Shown piece after piece: positions 1 to 11,049 of a DNA stretch of 64,000 nucleotides. Position numbers and translations under genes: made by a program. The DNA comes from Macrostomum lignano (lineage: Eukaryota): assembly GCA_002269645.1 (NCBI GenBank), contig NIVC01002622.1:62001-126000 (forward strand), given 5' to 3'. Each line of letters opens with the position of its first letter. The stretch's first letter is position 1. The notes below the pieces were generated by a model that did no database searches, was not told the DNA's origin, and saw only the letters and a program-made list of their open reading frames with translations.

Positions 1-152
1 AAGAATGCCAGCAGATACAGAAATAAACAGAAGGTCATTTTAACGGGCAGATAATTCTCTTTTTAACTGCAACAAACTTAATATTTCTGATCGGTCAGAA
101 AAGGCTGTAGTGAAGAAAGTATAGCACCGACTTTTGGGACACCCCTTGTACA
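1..152. mobile_element. Possible right end of a Tc1/mariner DNA transposon
   Basis: TTTTGGGACACCCCTTGTA at about 132-150 resembles the reverse complement of a Tc1-type CAGGGTGTCCCAAAA terminus followed by TA. The rest would lie outside the window. Confidence 0.35.
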
Positions 153-164
153 TGCTAAAAGTAT

Positions 165-926
165 TATAGCTTTTTGCAGCCCATTTGGGCTTACGTGCAT
201 TTAATCTAATCCAAGATAGGTTTGCCAATGTAGTGGAGCTTTTGTCTATGGTAGCAAGGCTGCCACAGCGGCACTTAATTTAGTCCAACAAGCATCAATT
301 TGGTCCATAGCTTTATTTGCAACTGTTGCGGAGGAGCAAGATCAGCTCCACAATTGTGAACCATGCTAGGTTGTCGAACGTATGGCACTTGCTTGTGATC
401 AAAGCACTCAACACAGGTGAACACCCAAAGGACATTGCAAGGTTGCTGAATACAGAAGAAAGATGGTTTACAGCATCCATCAGCGTGTTGAAACCACTTC
501 TGGCATAGGTCGCCTGTGAAAGGTGGCAATCGCCAAGGCAAGTTGCTAGAGACTCAGGTCCAACTGCTACTTAATGCAATTGAGATGAACCCTTTGTTGA
601 CGGAGCAGAAAATGCAGCAGCAGTTGAAGGAACAGTTCCAGTTGGTTATCAGATTCTGACTATCAGCAGAGCTATGGAAAAGCGACTGAAAATTGCTGGT
701 ACAGACGCTGACATTTCAGCGGTGCGCAACAACCCTTAGGCGGTTGCGAGAAGGCAAGAGTTTGCCATTGGCTCACAAGCATTTGGACCAAATTGATGCT
801 TGCTGGACCAAATCGAATGCCGCTGTGGCAGCCTTGCTACCATAGACAAAAGCTTCACTACATTGGCAAACCTATCTTGGATTAGATTAAATGCACGTAA
901 GCCCAAATAAGCTGCAAAAAGCTATA
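165..926. mobile_element. Non-autonomous Tc1/mariner-like remnant with ~108-bp inverted repeats
   Basis: 165-272 is a near-perfect reverse complement of 818-926. The interior encodes a broken HTH-like stretch (IKALNTGEHPKDIARLLN) like a Tc1 transposase N-terminus, with stops and frameshifts. Confidence 0.6.
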
Positions 927-1180
927 TTGAATTTTCATGAATTATTTGCCTTTGCAGAAACAGAGCATATCAAGTCCACTACTGATGGTACATTTAACGT
1001 GGTCAAGGATGCTATGCTTCAAATATTTCAACCCAATTATAATTCCCCGTCATTGTGATTGGTTTAGAGAAAATGTATTTAAGTTTTGACACGACGCATT
1101 TCTGATTCTATTTGGAAGCCATTTCCATTTGAAGCATAAAAATTTATTCTGAAAAATCATTGCTTCAAAAAGCTAGGGAA

Positions 1181-4100
1181 ATGAAAACGTTGCCAATGAT
1201 CTTCAATTTAAGTCTGCTGCTGGTTTTCTGCTGCGATTTCTGCGCTCAAAAAGTGCTTGGTAGGTTTGATTTAACCGCGTCTCAGTGTAAGCTGTAACTT
1301 TGGTCTCAGGACTCGATATAATGGTGGCTGGGCCTTATCGAGTCAGGGGCAAGGCAGTGGAGCTGTGACCACCCTGCCGCACTTTAAGCGACATTGTCAA
1401 CACAACCAGCGCGAGGCATTACTGCCCATTCTGCCGACTCCCCTGTGCAGGCACACAAACGCTTGGATATATACGCACAGGCACTCACTCACAGAGGAGT
1501 GTACAGCGGCCCTAACTTTATATTATCGTTTTGTCTTGGGGCTTTGGCCCTCAAGGCCGTAAAGTGCACGAGCAGAGCCAAGCCGAGATTCCAATTTAGC
1601 CCCAAACTGATGTGACTGCACTTGGAATCGAGCCTGGGCCGCTGGCACATCAGAGCGCCGCGCCAGACCACTGGGCTACGCCCCTCCTAGACTGCTGTTA
1701 GTAGAAGCTCGAGATGGGACGTCTAATGAGAAAATATTTCAACTCAGTTTTCTATGAATAGGTAGCTTCGACAGCTCAAATTGAGATGATACATAAGAAT
1801 AGGTAGCTTTGACCAGATTTAATGAATTAGACTAAATAAATAAATATACTGTCATATGTGCATCGTCTGCAGGTGCTGAGCAAATCACCGTTCCCAAAAA
1901 CAAGCCTGCTAAGCAGTCTTCAAAGTTCCGCCCAAACGACGACCCAGCCCTGGCCAACAACGGCAACACCGGCGGCCACCTTGTGCGCCTGTCGAACTGC
2001 TTCGAATGCGACAAAAACGACCCGCTACCCTGGTGGATGGTTGACATGGGCGAGATCTACTTTGTCCACCAGGTAAAGGTGTGGAACAGAATCAACTGCT
2101 GTGCTGACCGGTTTCGGCAGATTAGCGTTGGTAAGTCGCTGCTGCGAAGAGTTTTTAATCCATTGTATAGTACATTGCAGCGATGGCAAAAGTTTAGGTT
2201 GACTTACTTGACTTAGCTGCAGGGGGCTCCGCGCGTCCGGAAACAGCGAGGAGGCGTTGCCGCCCATTTCGCTAACCCCTGGCGACCACGGGCAGCTAGT
2301 GCTGCGGTGTCGCGCAGGGAGTTTCGGTGGCGCCGGCGTCCGCAGCGCGGTCCCCCTCCGGAGAGTCCAGGAGGTGGATTGTCGCTCGCCCGGTAGCCCT
2401 TAGGTAGCGGACGATCTGGCAGAGATTCTCGGGCCTGAAAACGTCGGAGAGGTCCGGGTTTGGGCCGAGGTAGGTGAGCCTGTCCTGAGTAAAGGCGGGG
2501 CATTCACAGATGAAGTGCTCCGCATTCTCGACACCGAAGAGGCAGAAAGGGCATTCCTCACTGCCGATTTTCTCCTGGAGGTAACGATGCCTGGCAAAAC
2601 AGCCATGACCCGAGAGGGCCATGGTCACCGCCCTGATATCCCTGCGGTTGAGTCCAAGCAGGGCCCTGCGCAGGGCGGAGGAGGGACAGGGGACAGCCGC
2701 GCGGGAGTGGTGACAACGGCGATGGGGGTGGGGGCCACGGGCAGGGGACCAGTGAAAGAACCGGTCGAGCCAGCCTTGGCCAGGCGATCGGCCAGCTCGT
2801 TGCCGGGGTGGCCCGAATGCCCGGGGATCCACCTTAGGGACACCTTGTTGGAGGCGCCTAAGCGGTTGAGCTGCCCGATGCAGTCGAGGACTGTACGCGA
2901 GCAGGTGGTGGTGCGCTCAAGGGCGTGAATCGCCGCTTGACTGTCCGAGTGGAGGGTAATTTCCTTCCCCCAGACGTGCTGATTGTACGGCTCCATGGCA
3001 CAGGAGCTGATGGCGAGAACTTCGTTCTGGAAGACGGTGGAGCAGGTGCCGGTGTGTTGGGAGAAGGTCGCCACAGTTCTCCCTCCAGACACGATGCAGT
3101 AGCCGTATCCAGAGGCGGAGTTGACTTGGGACCCGTCAGTGAAGCAGTAGATTTCATGGGGTTTCCATTCGTCTCTCGCTTCATGGCGTGGTGGAATGCT
3201 GGTTTTGAATTTGAGCGGGGGGCAGAGCGTGGATGGGATTCCGTCCGAGAGGGTCAGCAGGCCTCTCGCTGCTTCCAGGTCTCGCAGGCTGAGGTCGCCA
3301 TGCGGCCGGAGGTTCCGCTTTCTGAAGGCAAACTGCTTCTGGATTTGGACACCCGCGTCAAGCAGACGACGGGTGGTTTTCATTGCCTCCCCTCTAACAA
3401 AGAGGTCGAGGGGGGGAATGTCCAAGAAGGAGTTCATGCCAGCGAAGGGCGTAGAGGGAGCCGCGCTTATGATAGCTCGACAAGCGCGGCCTTGCACCCT
3501 ATTTAAAACCTCAAGAACCCCTTTCACCTCTAGGGCACTGTTCCAAATGAAGCCGGCGAAGGAGATGGCCGGTCTAACAATGGCAGTGTAAATCCACCAG
3601 AGGCGGCGGGGGATGAGGCCCCAGGTAGCACCGAAAGCTCTGCGGATCTGCGCGAGAGTCGCGAGAGCTTTGCGGGCTTTCGTTTGGACGTGCGGGGTCC
3701 AGCTCAACCTGTGGTCGAGGGTGACGCCCAGACATCTAGTTTGTTTCTCCCAAGGACTACTTAAGGATACTTAAGTAGTCCTTGGTTTCTCCATGGCAAC
3801 AGGTTTGCCATAGAGGGAGAGCGGTTCGATCCTCCAGTTTCGGCGGCTGGTGAACATGATAGCCACGGTTTTAGACTCAGAGAACCTGAGGCCGCAGCTA
3901 TGTGCCCAGCGCTCGGCACGGTGGATGAAGGCTTGAAGGAGGTCCCTGAGGACCGCGGGTGATGGTCCAGCCACAGTGGCGGTAACATCGTCCGCATAGC
4001 CGACCTTCTGAACAGGGTCCGGATGCGGCTGCAAAGCAGCTCGTCCATGACTAAGTTCCAGAGGATCGGGCTGAGGACTCCACCTTGCGGTCCGCCCTTC

Positions 4101-7100
4101 TGGACTTCCAGGGAGCGTGAGTGTCCCAGGAGGTGCGAGGTGGCAGTACGATGAGAGACCCTGTACATGATCCAGCGGGTGAGGTGCTCGTGCGTGCCCC
4201 GGGATTCCAGGGCTCGCTTAAAGGCTTCAAAGAGCAAATTGTTGAAAGCACCATCAATGTACGTCGAGGAAAAGCGACAGCGCGTATCCACTGCCAAGCA
4301 CGGCGCGCTCCAGCTTGTCGACAATGGCGTGCAGCGCACTTTCGATGGAGCGTCCAGGACGAAAGGCGTGCTGATTAGGGAGAGCGGGGAGTTCCTCAGC
4401 TCAACGAGGAGAAGGCGCCAGAGCACCAGCCGTTCCATCAGTTTGAGGAAGAAGGACGTCAGACTGATAGGGCGGTAAGCTTTGGCGGAGTGATAGTCTC
4501 CCATTCCTGGCTTGGGTATGAAGACTACCGTAGCCTCTTGCCAGGCTTTTGGCACATACCCGAGGGTAATGCTGGCCTTGAAGAGGTTGCAGAGGAGGCC
4601 GAGAAACCTGTCATTTTTAACTGCCTCATGAAGGAAGGCAGGATAAATGTTGTCAGGACCCGGGGACTTGAAAGGAGAAAAGGATTTTGCGGCGCGAGCC
4701 GTCCTCTCTCTGGTAATGATGGTCGAAGCCAGGATCTGTCCGCCCGGAGAGTGGTCCGGTGGGCCTAGCTGCGGTGCGGCACGTGGGAAAGAGCTGGTGA
4801 GCATAATGTCCAGTGATTCCCCAGGGTTCTCAGCGAGCCGGCCGTCCGGTCTTTTAATAACTGAGAGCTTTGACATTTTGTCGAGGGTGAGAGCCTTAAC
4901 TACGCGCGAAGTAGGGCGGGTGCCTTCTAACTCTGCGCAGTATTGGCGCCATTTGTCGGACTTGGCTTTCCTGGTTTCACGCTTAAAGTCGCGGATCGCT
5001 TCTTGATAGGCGGCCAGGTCAGCTGGGTCCTTTCTCTTGCGAGCTTTCCGTTGGAGGCACTTTGCCTTGCGCCGGAGGGATCCGAGCGCCGGGTGCCACC
5101 AAGGGGCGGATTTTTTGCCTTTGTAGGCTTTAAGGGGACAGGAAGCCTCATGGGCTGTCAGGACGGTTTTGCTGAGCAAGTCTGCAAGGTCATCCATTTC
5201 CTGACAGGTGGTTGGAGCGACGGTAGTCAGCTGATCTGTCTGGCATTTCAGGGTTTCCGTGAAAGACGTCCAGTCAGTGTTCCGGACGTTCCTTTTCCAC
5301 AGAATGTGAGGCTTGGGGCAAGAGGATTGCAAACGAAAACGAACGAAGCGATGGTCAGACAGAGACTCCTCTTCGTCCCACACCTCCCAGTCCTTGACTA
5401 AAGGAGCCAAGCCATGAGAGACGAGGGTAACGTCGAGGGCCTCCGTCCATCGCCCGTTGTCAACGATTTCCACCAATGTAGCAAAACTCAGTGTTGGTGG
5501 CGCAGATGTAAGCAAGGAGTTCCTCGCCTCTGCTATTGGAAGAATTACTGCCCCAGAGGGTGTGGTGAGCGTTGATGTCGCCCGCCACCAGCAGCTCGAA
5601 CCTACAGTTAGAGCAGTAGTCCACGAGGGAGGTGAGGTTGGGTGGAACCGCGGGGCCATCGCCAGGGATATAGATCGAGGCGATGATGACCGTGCGGTTG
5701 GTGATAATGTGGTTGGACTGAATGACACAGAGATCTCTGTCAGAGAGGTCCGGTCTGTGCCAAGCTTTGAGATGGGTAGACACGAACATGGCTGCTCTGG
5801 GGTTTTGAGGGTCCTGAAAACAGTCAAAACCAGCAGGAATATTCGGAATCTTACCTTTCTTTGTCCAGGGCTCCTGGAGTAGGATGATGCCCGGTTTCGC
5901 AAAGTTTGCCACCCGCATCAGGTTGGTCGAGGCCGCGATGCAGTGGTGCAGGTTTAGCTGCAGGATGTCCACTCCGGGGATTCCACGAGTGGTCCGCGCA
6001 GCTTCCTGCCGGCTCAAGGCGAGTTGTGCAGGAGATCGAGCTGCCTCTTCTGCCTCGCCGATAGCTTCAGGCTCCAGCTCCATGGGCTCCTCCCGGATGG
6101 ATTCCATGGTCGAGGGCGATGTCGTTACCTGGGAGGCATTCTCGCTCTCGGCCCGGTTTTCCGGGGGGCCGCAGTGGTGACACTGGGCTGGGGGTGGCTG
6201 CGGTTGGGGGCCTTGGCGGTGTCCAGCAGCTGCTTCGCGCGCTGAGTTAGACCAGAGCGGATAGTATTCCGGGCGGGTTTCCGGCCCTTTCCACGTCCGC
6301 CTGTTGCTGCAGCTTTCGCGGCTTTCCCTCTGACAGGGTCCACGTCCTCGGAGGGGTCGTGACGGCCGGGAGCTTCTTTTCCTGGGCGTTTCCACCCGGC
6401 AGAGCCCCCGACTGCCCGCTTACGCTTCTCCGGGGGCGGTGGGCGGGTGGCGTCAGACTCAAAGCTAAAGAGCTGAATCTGCAACAGCCCGACAGAGATT
6501 ATGGACATGTCCGGGTAGCGGAGCATCCAGCTATCCGACAGTCCAAGAATAGCCGTGAAACCGTCTCCGCCCGGCTTGGAGATGGTCTCGTGAACTACGA
6601 CACCGTTTGCTGGTAGCTCCGGGTTGGAAGCCACTAGCAGGTGACGCAGCTCGTCGGCCTTGGTGATGCAGCTGCGAGCCGGGATCCAGGCACGGTGCCG
6701 GTGTGTCCGGGGTCGCTCGTCCTCCCTGTAGATGAACAGGTTCTCCAGCTCCGTACCCCAGTCGAAGGTTTTCAGCAGCTCGAGGAGCTGCTGTCCTGAC
6801 TGGCTGTCGGCGGGCTGGATATAGAGGGCTTGGTCCTCGACTTTCGTCTTTTGGACTCGAATAGTAGTGCCGCTCAAGGCCATCTTGACCAGGTGGGAGT
6901 CCAACCTGCGCCAGATAAGGTCGAGCTGTTCGGCCGTAAGAGGCGTCTCCTGGCCTTGGATAACCAGGGCCGGCTGCCTCTTGGCCATAGCCGCGTAGGT
7001 TCGCTTTGGCTTTGTGGTTTGGCCAGCGCCCCCCGCTTTGGATCCCTCTACAGCCGTGGGAGCTTCCACACGGGCAGAGGTCCGGTCACGGGAGGGGCCA

Positions 7101-9564
7101 GCCGCACCAGGAGCTTCGGCGGCACCTGACGCATCAGACCGGCGCGCAGGGTCCACCCCCTTGTCGGATGTCGGCTCCTCCGCGGGGTTCGCAGAGTTAC
7201 CGGCACCCTCCTCAGAGGTGGCCGGAGGGGCGGCTTTCGCATTCCTCCGTTCCTCCGCTTTGCGCTGGAGAAAGGCTTTGTAGCGAGCAATGCTACGGGC
7301 CTTCTTTTTCGAAATCTGAGGTCCGCTGTCTTGTCCAGCCACTCCGGTATTATCCTGAGCGGCGGCAGCGGCAGATTGAGAGGCACCGGGGGTTCCGGTG
7401 TTGCGAATGTCCGGCTGGGCCGCGGTACCAACCTCGGTTGGTGCTCCAGCAGCCTCGGACGTGATGGATGTAAGTGAATACTCCATGAGTCGCTGAAAGG
7501 CGAATGGGGACTAGAGGTGAGAAGCCGCTGGGCCGTAACCCCAAACCCAACAGCCAGGCCAAGAGGTAGCGACCGGGGGGTGGCTTAAGCCCGTACCGGC
7601 CCGACCGCTAGCAACCGAGAAACTCCCCGGCTAAGAGCCCGGCTTGGAGAAACCAGAGGCCGAACCAAAGGACCATCAGCACGGTACTACACTGGGCCCT
7701 TGAGGGAAGCAGGAGGACTGCCTCCGGAGCCTGCGGACTGGCCGCATACCCTGTTAAGGTCAGAGGGTGGTACAGCTGTTCCTCAGAGCCGTGGCCAGAG
7801 GTACCTGATACGCACAGATTAACTTCCGGGCGGAGCCCGTACCCAACTTGGCCAAAAGGCCACGGATGGGTTGCCGCCGCTGGAGCCCAGTCAGTCCAGC
7901 AGCCCTAGGGCTGCCTTGAACACATGCGGGGCGCGAACCCCTGGGTCGGCTTGCGAGTCAGCTTGGAGAGAGTTCTACTGCCATTCCTGCACCAGAATAG
8001 AGGGGGTGCAGGTGTGTAGGATCGCAGACCTTAGCTCGTAGGCCTAGTCTGTCTCATGCTACACAGGCGTGCTGTACCCGCCATTGCATGCAAAAGTTTA
8101 GGTTGGATTTTTTTCTTTTTTCACTAGTGTACATGTATATTTTACTAATCGAAATGCTGAGAACCGCCATAAAGCTTGCATTTTGAGTTGGCATATTGGT
8201 AGCAATTTCGAGTATTTTATGTCAGCTCCATCAATCCGAATCAGTTCAACGAGTCTGACTGGTCAATATGCTATAGACGATGATCTTTTTGAAAGGGCAA
8301 GAATCACCTGGCAGGCTAGAGCTCAATACAATATGCCTGCCGCTTGAGAGATTGTTGGTAATTACGAGCATAATATTAACTTTCCACAAATATTAGCCTG
8401 CCTCCAAATTTCCAAAGATTTTTTTCATAAGAGACTTATGGGATAGTCTTCGTACTTTGAAAATTCGGGCACCTGGCTCAATGTTTCTACTTTGCTAACC
8501 CCTGAAATATGCCTCCCTAATCAAATCCTCTCTATATTCCAGGTGTGGCTAAAAATCCCATCGTATGGACGTCCTTCAACCAGGACCTGTTCGAACGCTG
8601 CGACTATTGGCCCGGGGTGGCCACGGTGGCTGACAATCCCATCGTGTTCACCTGCCCCAGCCCCATCGGAGGCAGGTACCTGGCAGTGTACAAGAACACC
8701 AGCGGACTGAGCGACGGGAGTGCCAGGCTGCACTTTTGTGAGACTGACATCCTTGCAGGTTAGATGGGCCTTTGTAGCTTTGGTAGCTGCACTTTTGCGA
8801 GACTGACATCCTTGCAGGTTAGATGGACCTTTGTAGCTTTGGTAGCTGCACTTTTGCGAGGCTGACATCCTGGCAGGTTAGATGGACCTTTGTAGCTATG
8901 GTAGCTGCACTTTTGCGAGGCTGACATCCTGGCAGGTTAGATGGGCCTTTGTAGCTTTGGTAGCTGCACTTTTGCGAGGCTGACATCCTGGCAGGTTAGA
9001 TGGACCTTTGTAGCTATGGTAGCTGCATTTTTGCGAGGCTGACATCCTGGCAGGTTAGATGGGCCTTTGTAGCTTTGGTAGTTCTTTTATATTATGTTCT
9101 GGCAATTTAAATATAGGAATAATGGGCTACATCACAGTCACTGAGTGTTACTTGGGCTGATTAATAGGCAACAAGATTAAGACGCGCCGGTAGATACTGA
9201 GCTACCGTATTTAATTTAAGTCACAATTATTGGGTATTTCTAGTTCGCTCTTGACTATCACCTTATTTTATTAAAACATATTCTTAAAAATTAAATTTCA
9301 GTCCTAAAGCCGTCCATGATCTCGTTCAAGGCCAAGGTCATTCCGCCAAGGTTCTCAACGAAGCCAACCGACTCGCAGCTCGATGGCTCTCCGATTGCTG
9401 TCAAGTCGGACATCGCCTGCGTGCGTGAGTGCGGCAGCCACCCAATGTGCCTCTACACTCTGTACAAGCAGGGCAACTGCTGGCTGTTCTCATCTGGCAG
9501 CATCTCCGATAGCTTCATCAGCATCCTGAGCGGTGGAGATGCCAAGTTCATGCAGCTGAACTAA
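1181..9564 (+). CDS. Secreted F-type lectin-like (FTP) + PAN/Apple domain protein, paralogue 1
   Basis: Exons 1181-1259 (signal peptide [23 protein letters not shown]), 1873-2130 ([20 protein letters not shown]), 8543-8758 ([16 protein letters not shown]) and 9302-9564 (PAN: [23 protein letters not shown]). All introns are GT-AG, phase 1, and the frame is continuous. Confidence 0.85.
1365..1684 (-). mobile_element. tRNA-derived SINE, family A
   Basis: The minus strand begins GGGCGTAGCCCAGTGG (A box) ... GGCTCGATTCC (B box). The body matches copies at 14787, 24402, 28525, 34040 and 38063. Confidence 0.85.
2202..8089 (-). mobile_element. Full-length non-LTR retrotransposon (I-group, LOA/Lian-like; ORF1 + APE-RT-RNaseH-CCHC) with frameshifted ORF2
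   Basis: 16-bp TSD GCAAAAGTTTAGGTTG at 2186-2201 and 8090-8105. ORF1 is 6125-7486. ORF2 is split over several frames: APE ([22 protein letters not shown]), RT ([31 protein letters not shown]), RNase H ([31 protein letters not shown]) and CPFC..H..C. 3' end is ...TAAGTCAAGTAAGT. Confidence 0.92.
6125..7486 (-). CDS. LINE ORF1 protein (453 aa, no obvious CCHC knuckle)
   Basis: Long intact ORF directly upstream of the APE domain, inside the TSD-bounded element. Confidence 0.75.
   Translation of the reverse strand: MEYSLTSITSEAAGAPTEVGTAAQPDIRNTGTPGASQSAAAAAQDNTGVAGQDSGPQISKKKARSIARYKAFLQRKAEERRNAKAAPPATSEEGAGNSANPAEEPTSDKGVDPARRSDASGAAEAPGAAGPSRDRTSARVEAPTAVEGSKAGGAGQTTKPKRTYAAMAKRQPALVIQGQETPLTAEQLDLIWRRLDSHLVKMALSGTTIRVQKTKVEDQALYIQPADSQSGQQLLELLKTFDWGTELENLFIYREDERPRTHRHRAWIPARSCITKADELRHLLVASNPELPANGVVVHETISKPGGDGFTAILGLSDSWMLRYPDMSIISVGLLQIQLFSFESDATRPPPPEKRKRAVGGSAGWKRPGKEAPGRHDPSEDVDPVRGKAAKAAATGGRGKGRKPARNTIRSGLTQRAKQLLDTAKAPNRSHPQPSVTTAAPRKTGPRARMPPR
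8727..9080 (+). repeat. Six 59-bp tandem units containing the lectin exon-3 end and its splice donor
   Basis: Unit GCTGCACTTTTG(T/C)GAG(A/G)CTGACATCCT(T/G)GCAG|GTTAGATGG(G/A)CCTTTGTAGCT(T/A)TGGTA starts at 8727, 8786 and so on. Confidence 0.92.
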
Positions 9565-10099
9565 TCATCAAATATTCGGGAAAGTTGTGAAACAAGCTAA
9601 ACTGAACTCAAATAATACTCGTAAAACAGCTTTTTAAAGTTTCAGGTGAAATCTAAAGCCAGCGCGATAATAATTATTTTAAAAAAGCTACTGTTTTAAA
9701 TGATGTGACTAAAATAAAATAATTATTTCCCAATTAGTTAACGTGTAACACAGATATTAGAATAACTAGATGGTCCACTCAGCACATTTGCGCCTTTTAG
9801 CTACTTTCAGTTCAGTAGTAAGTCAAACTGAAGAATTTTAATGTATTTTTAAACACAAGGATTATTCTTTAATACCTGAAGAACAAGAACCTTCAGGCCT
9901 CAGACTCCATACAGAAACCTCTACCTTTTTTCCCTAGCCAGCAAAAGCAGGAAATTTCATTGTTCGCAGGAAACAGAAAGAATATTTTGATGTGGTCTTT
10001 CAACTTCTTAAAAATTATTTCGAAAAATAAGATATGGGTTTGAAGAACTGCCTGCAGAAAGAACAACGCTATTAAATAGCTTTATATATACAGTAATAG

Positions 10100-10420
10100 C
10101 ACTACGAGGTAGAACTCTTTGGGGCAGGTTCCGACACCTGGATCCTGACGGATGCCTTGGAGAGGCAGCTGGACGCTGCGCATGCGGCCATTCTGCGAGC
10201 GGCGTTCGGAAAGCAGCGGTCCAGACAGTGAGACCAATACGCCGCGCTCTACACGAGTGCGCGCCTGATGCGGCCTTCTGACCTGCCTACGCCGGCGGCG
10301 ACTTCGACTGCCCTGAGCCGCTGCTCTCTGACTCCCCCCTTTCTGGCTACACTGCGTGGCTGGCGGGGTGAAGTATGTTTTGTTGTTGTTGTTGTTGTTG
10401 TTTTTGTTGTTGTTGTTAAG
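10100..10420 (+). mobile_element. RTE-clade LINE 3' remnant with (TTG)n tail
   Basis: The + strand translates as GSDTWILTDALERQLDAAHAAILRAAF..ALY..RRRRL..HC, resembling the post-RT region of RTE elements (YGSETW..LDG..MLR). A (TTG)n run follows at 10378-10417. Confidence 0.6.
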
Positions 10421-11049
10421 GCAGGTCAAGAGAAGGAGTAAGGAAAAAAGAAACAATTTCTTTATTTTTAATTAAGTTCTGACGATTGAGATATATTGTG
10501 AACTAAGCTAGTGCCAAGAAAACTGAAAACTTACTCGCTAATCTTCTTTGCAGCGAACACCGGCAAACTTCCAGCAAAATTTGCAGCCAGCTTTTGAAAG
10601 CAGTAAAGCGGAGTGTGGATCCACCGTAGACCCTTGAGTTTGCCAAAGAGTTTCTTGTTCATATAAGGCTTTTCAGGTAACCATAGTTTCTAGCGTAAGC
10701 AGGATGCCTTACTTTAAGCATCAGTAAAGCGTTGCATTTTCGTGCTCACTTCTATCAACAATGCATCTTTGTCATTTGAGTTTCTGCCTGTGAGAGTCTG
10801 CTTCTGAGAGAAACAATGGGTGAATGGCTCACTGAGCATGTTAAGAGCCAGGAAAAGCACTTGTAAGTACTTGGTTGTAGTTAAAGGCTCAAGTTTTCCT
10901 CTTAAGACTCTAAGCCACTAGCTGCAGCTTCAGGAGAGGTTTAGATTCTTTTTAAGCAGAATTTCTTTCCAAATTTTCTGTAGACATTTTTTCTCTAAAT
11001 TTTACTCAATATTTTCCAAGAAGAATTGCTAGTTCGTAAAATAAACGCG

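Noticed and set aside
1620-1684. tRNA genes at 1620-1684, 14787-14860 and 51900-51990
   Set aside because: A/B boxes are present but there is no complete cloverleaf, and each continues into a repeated SINE body.
7487-8089. HDV-like or hammerhead ribozyme in the LINE 5' UTR
   Set aside because: Hairpins are present, but I could not assemble the P1-P2-P3-P1.1-P4 topology or a CUGAUGA/GAAA core by eye. It needs a covariance-model search.
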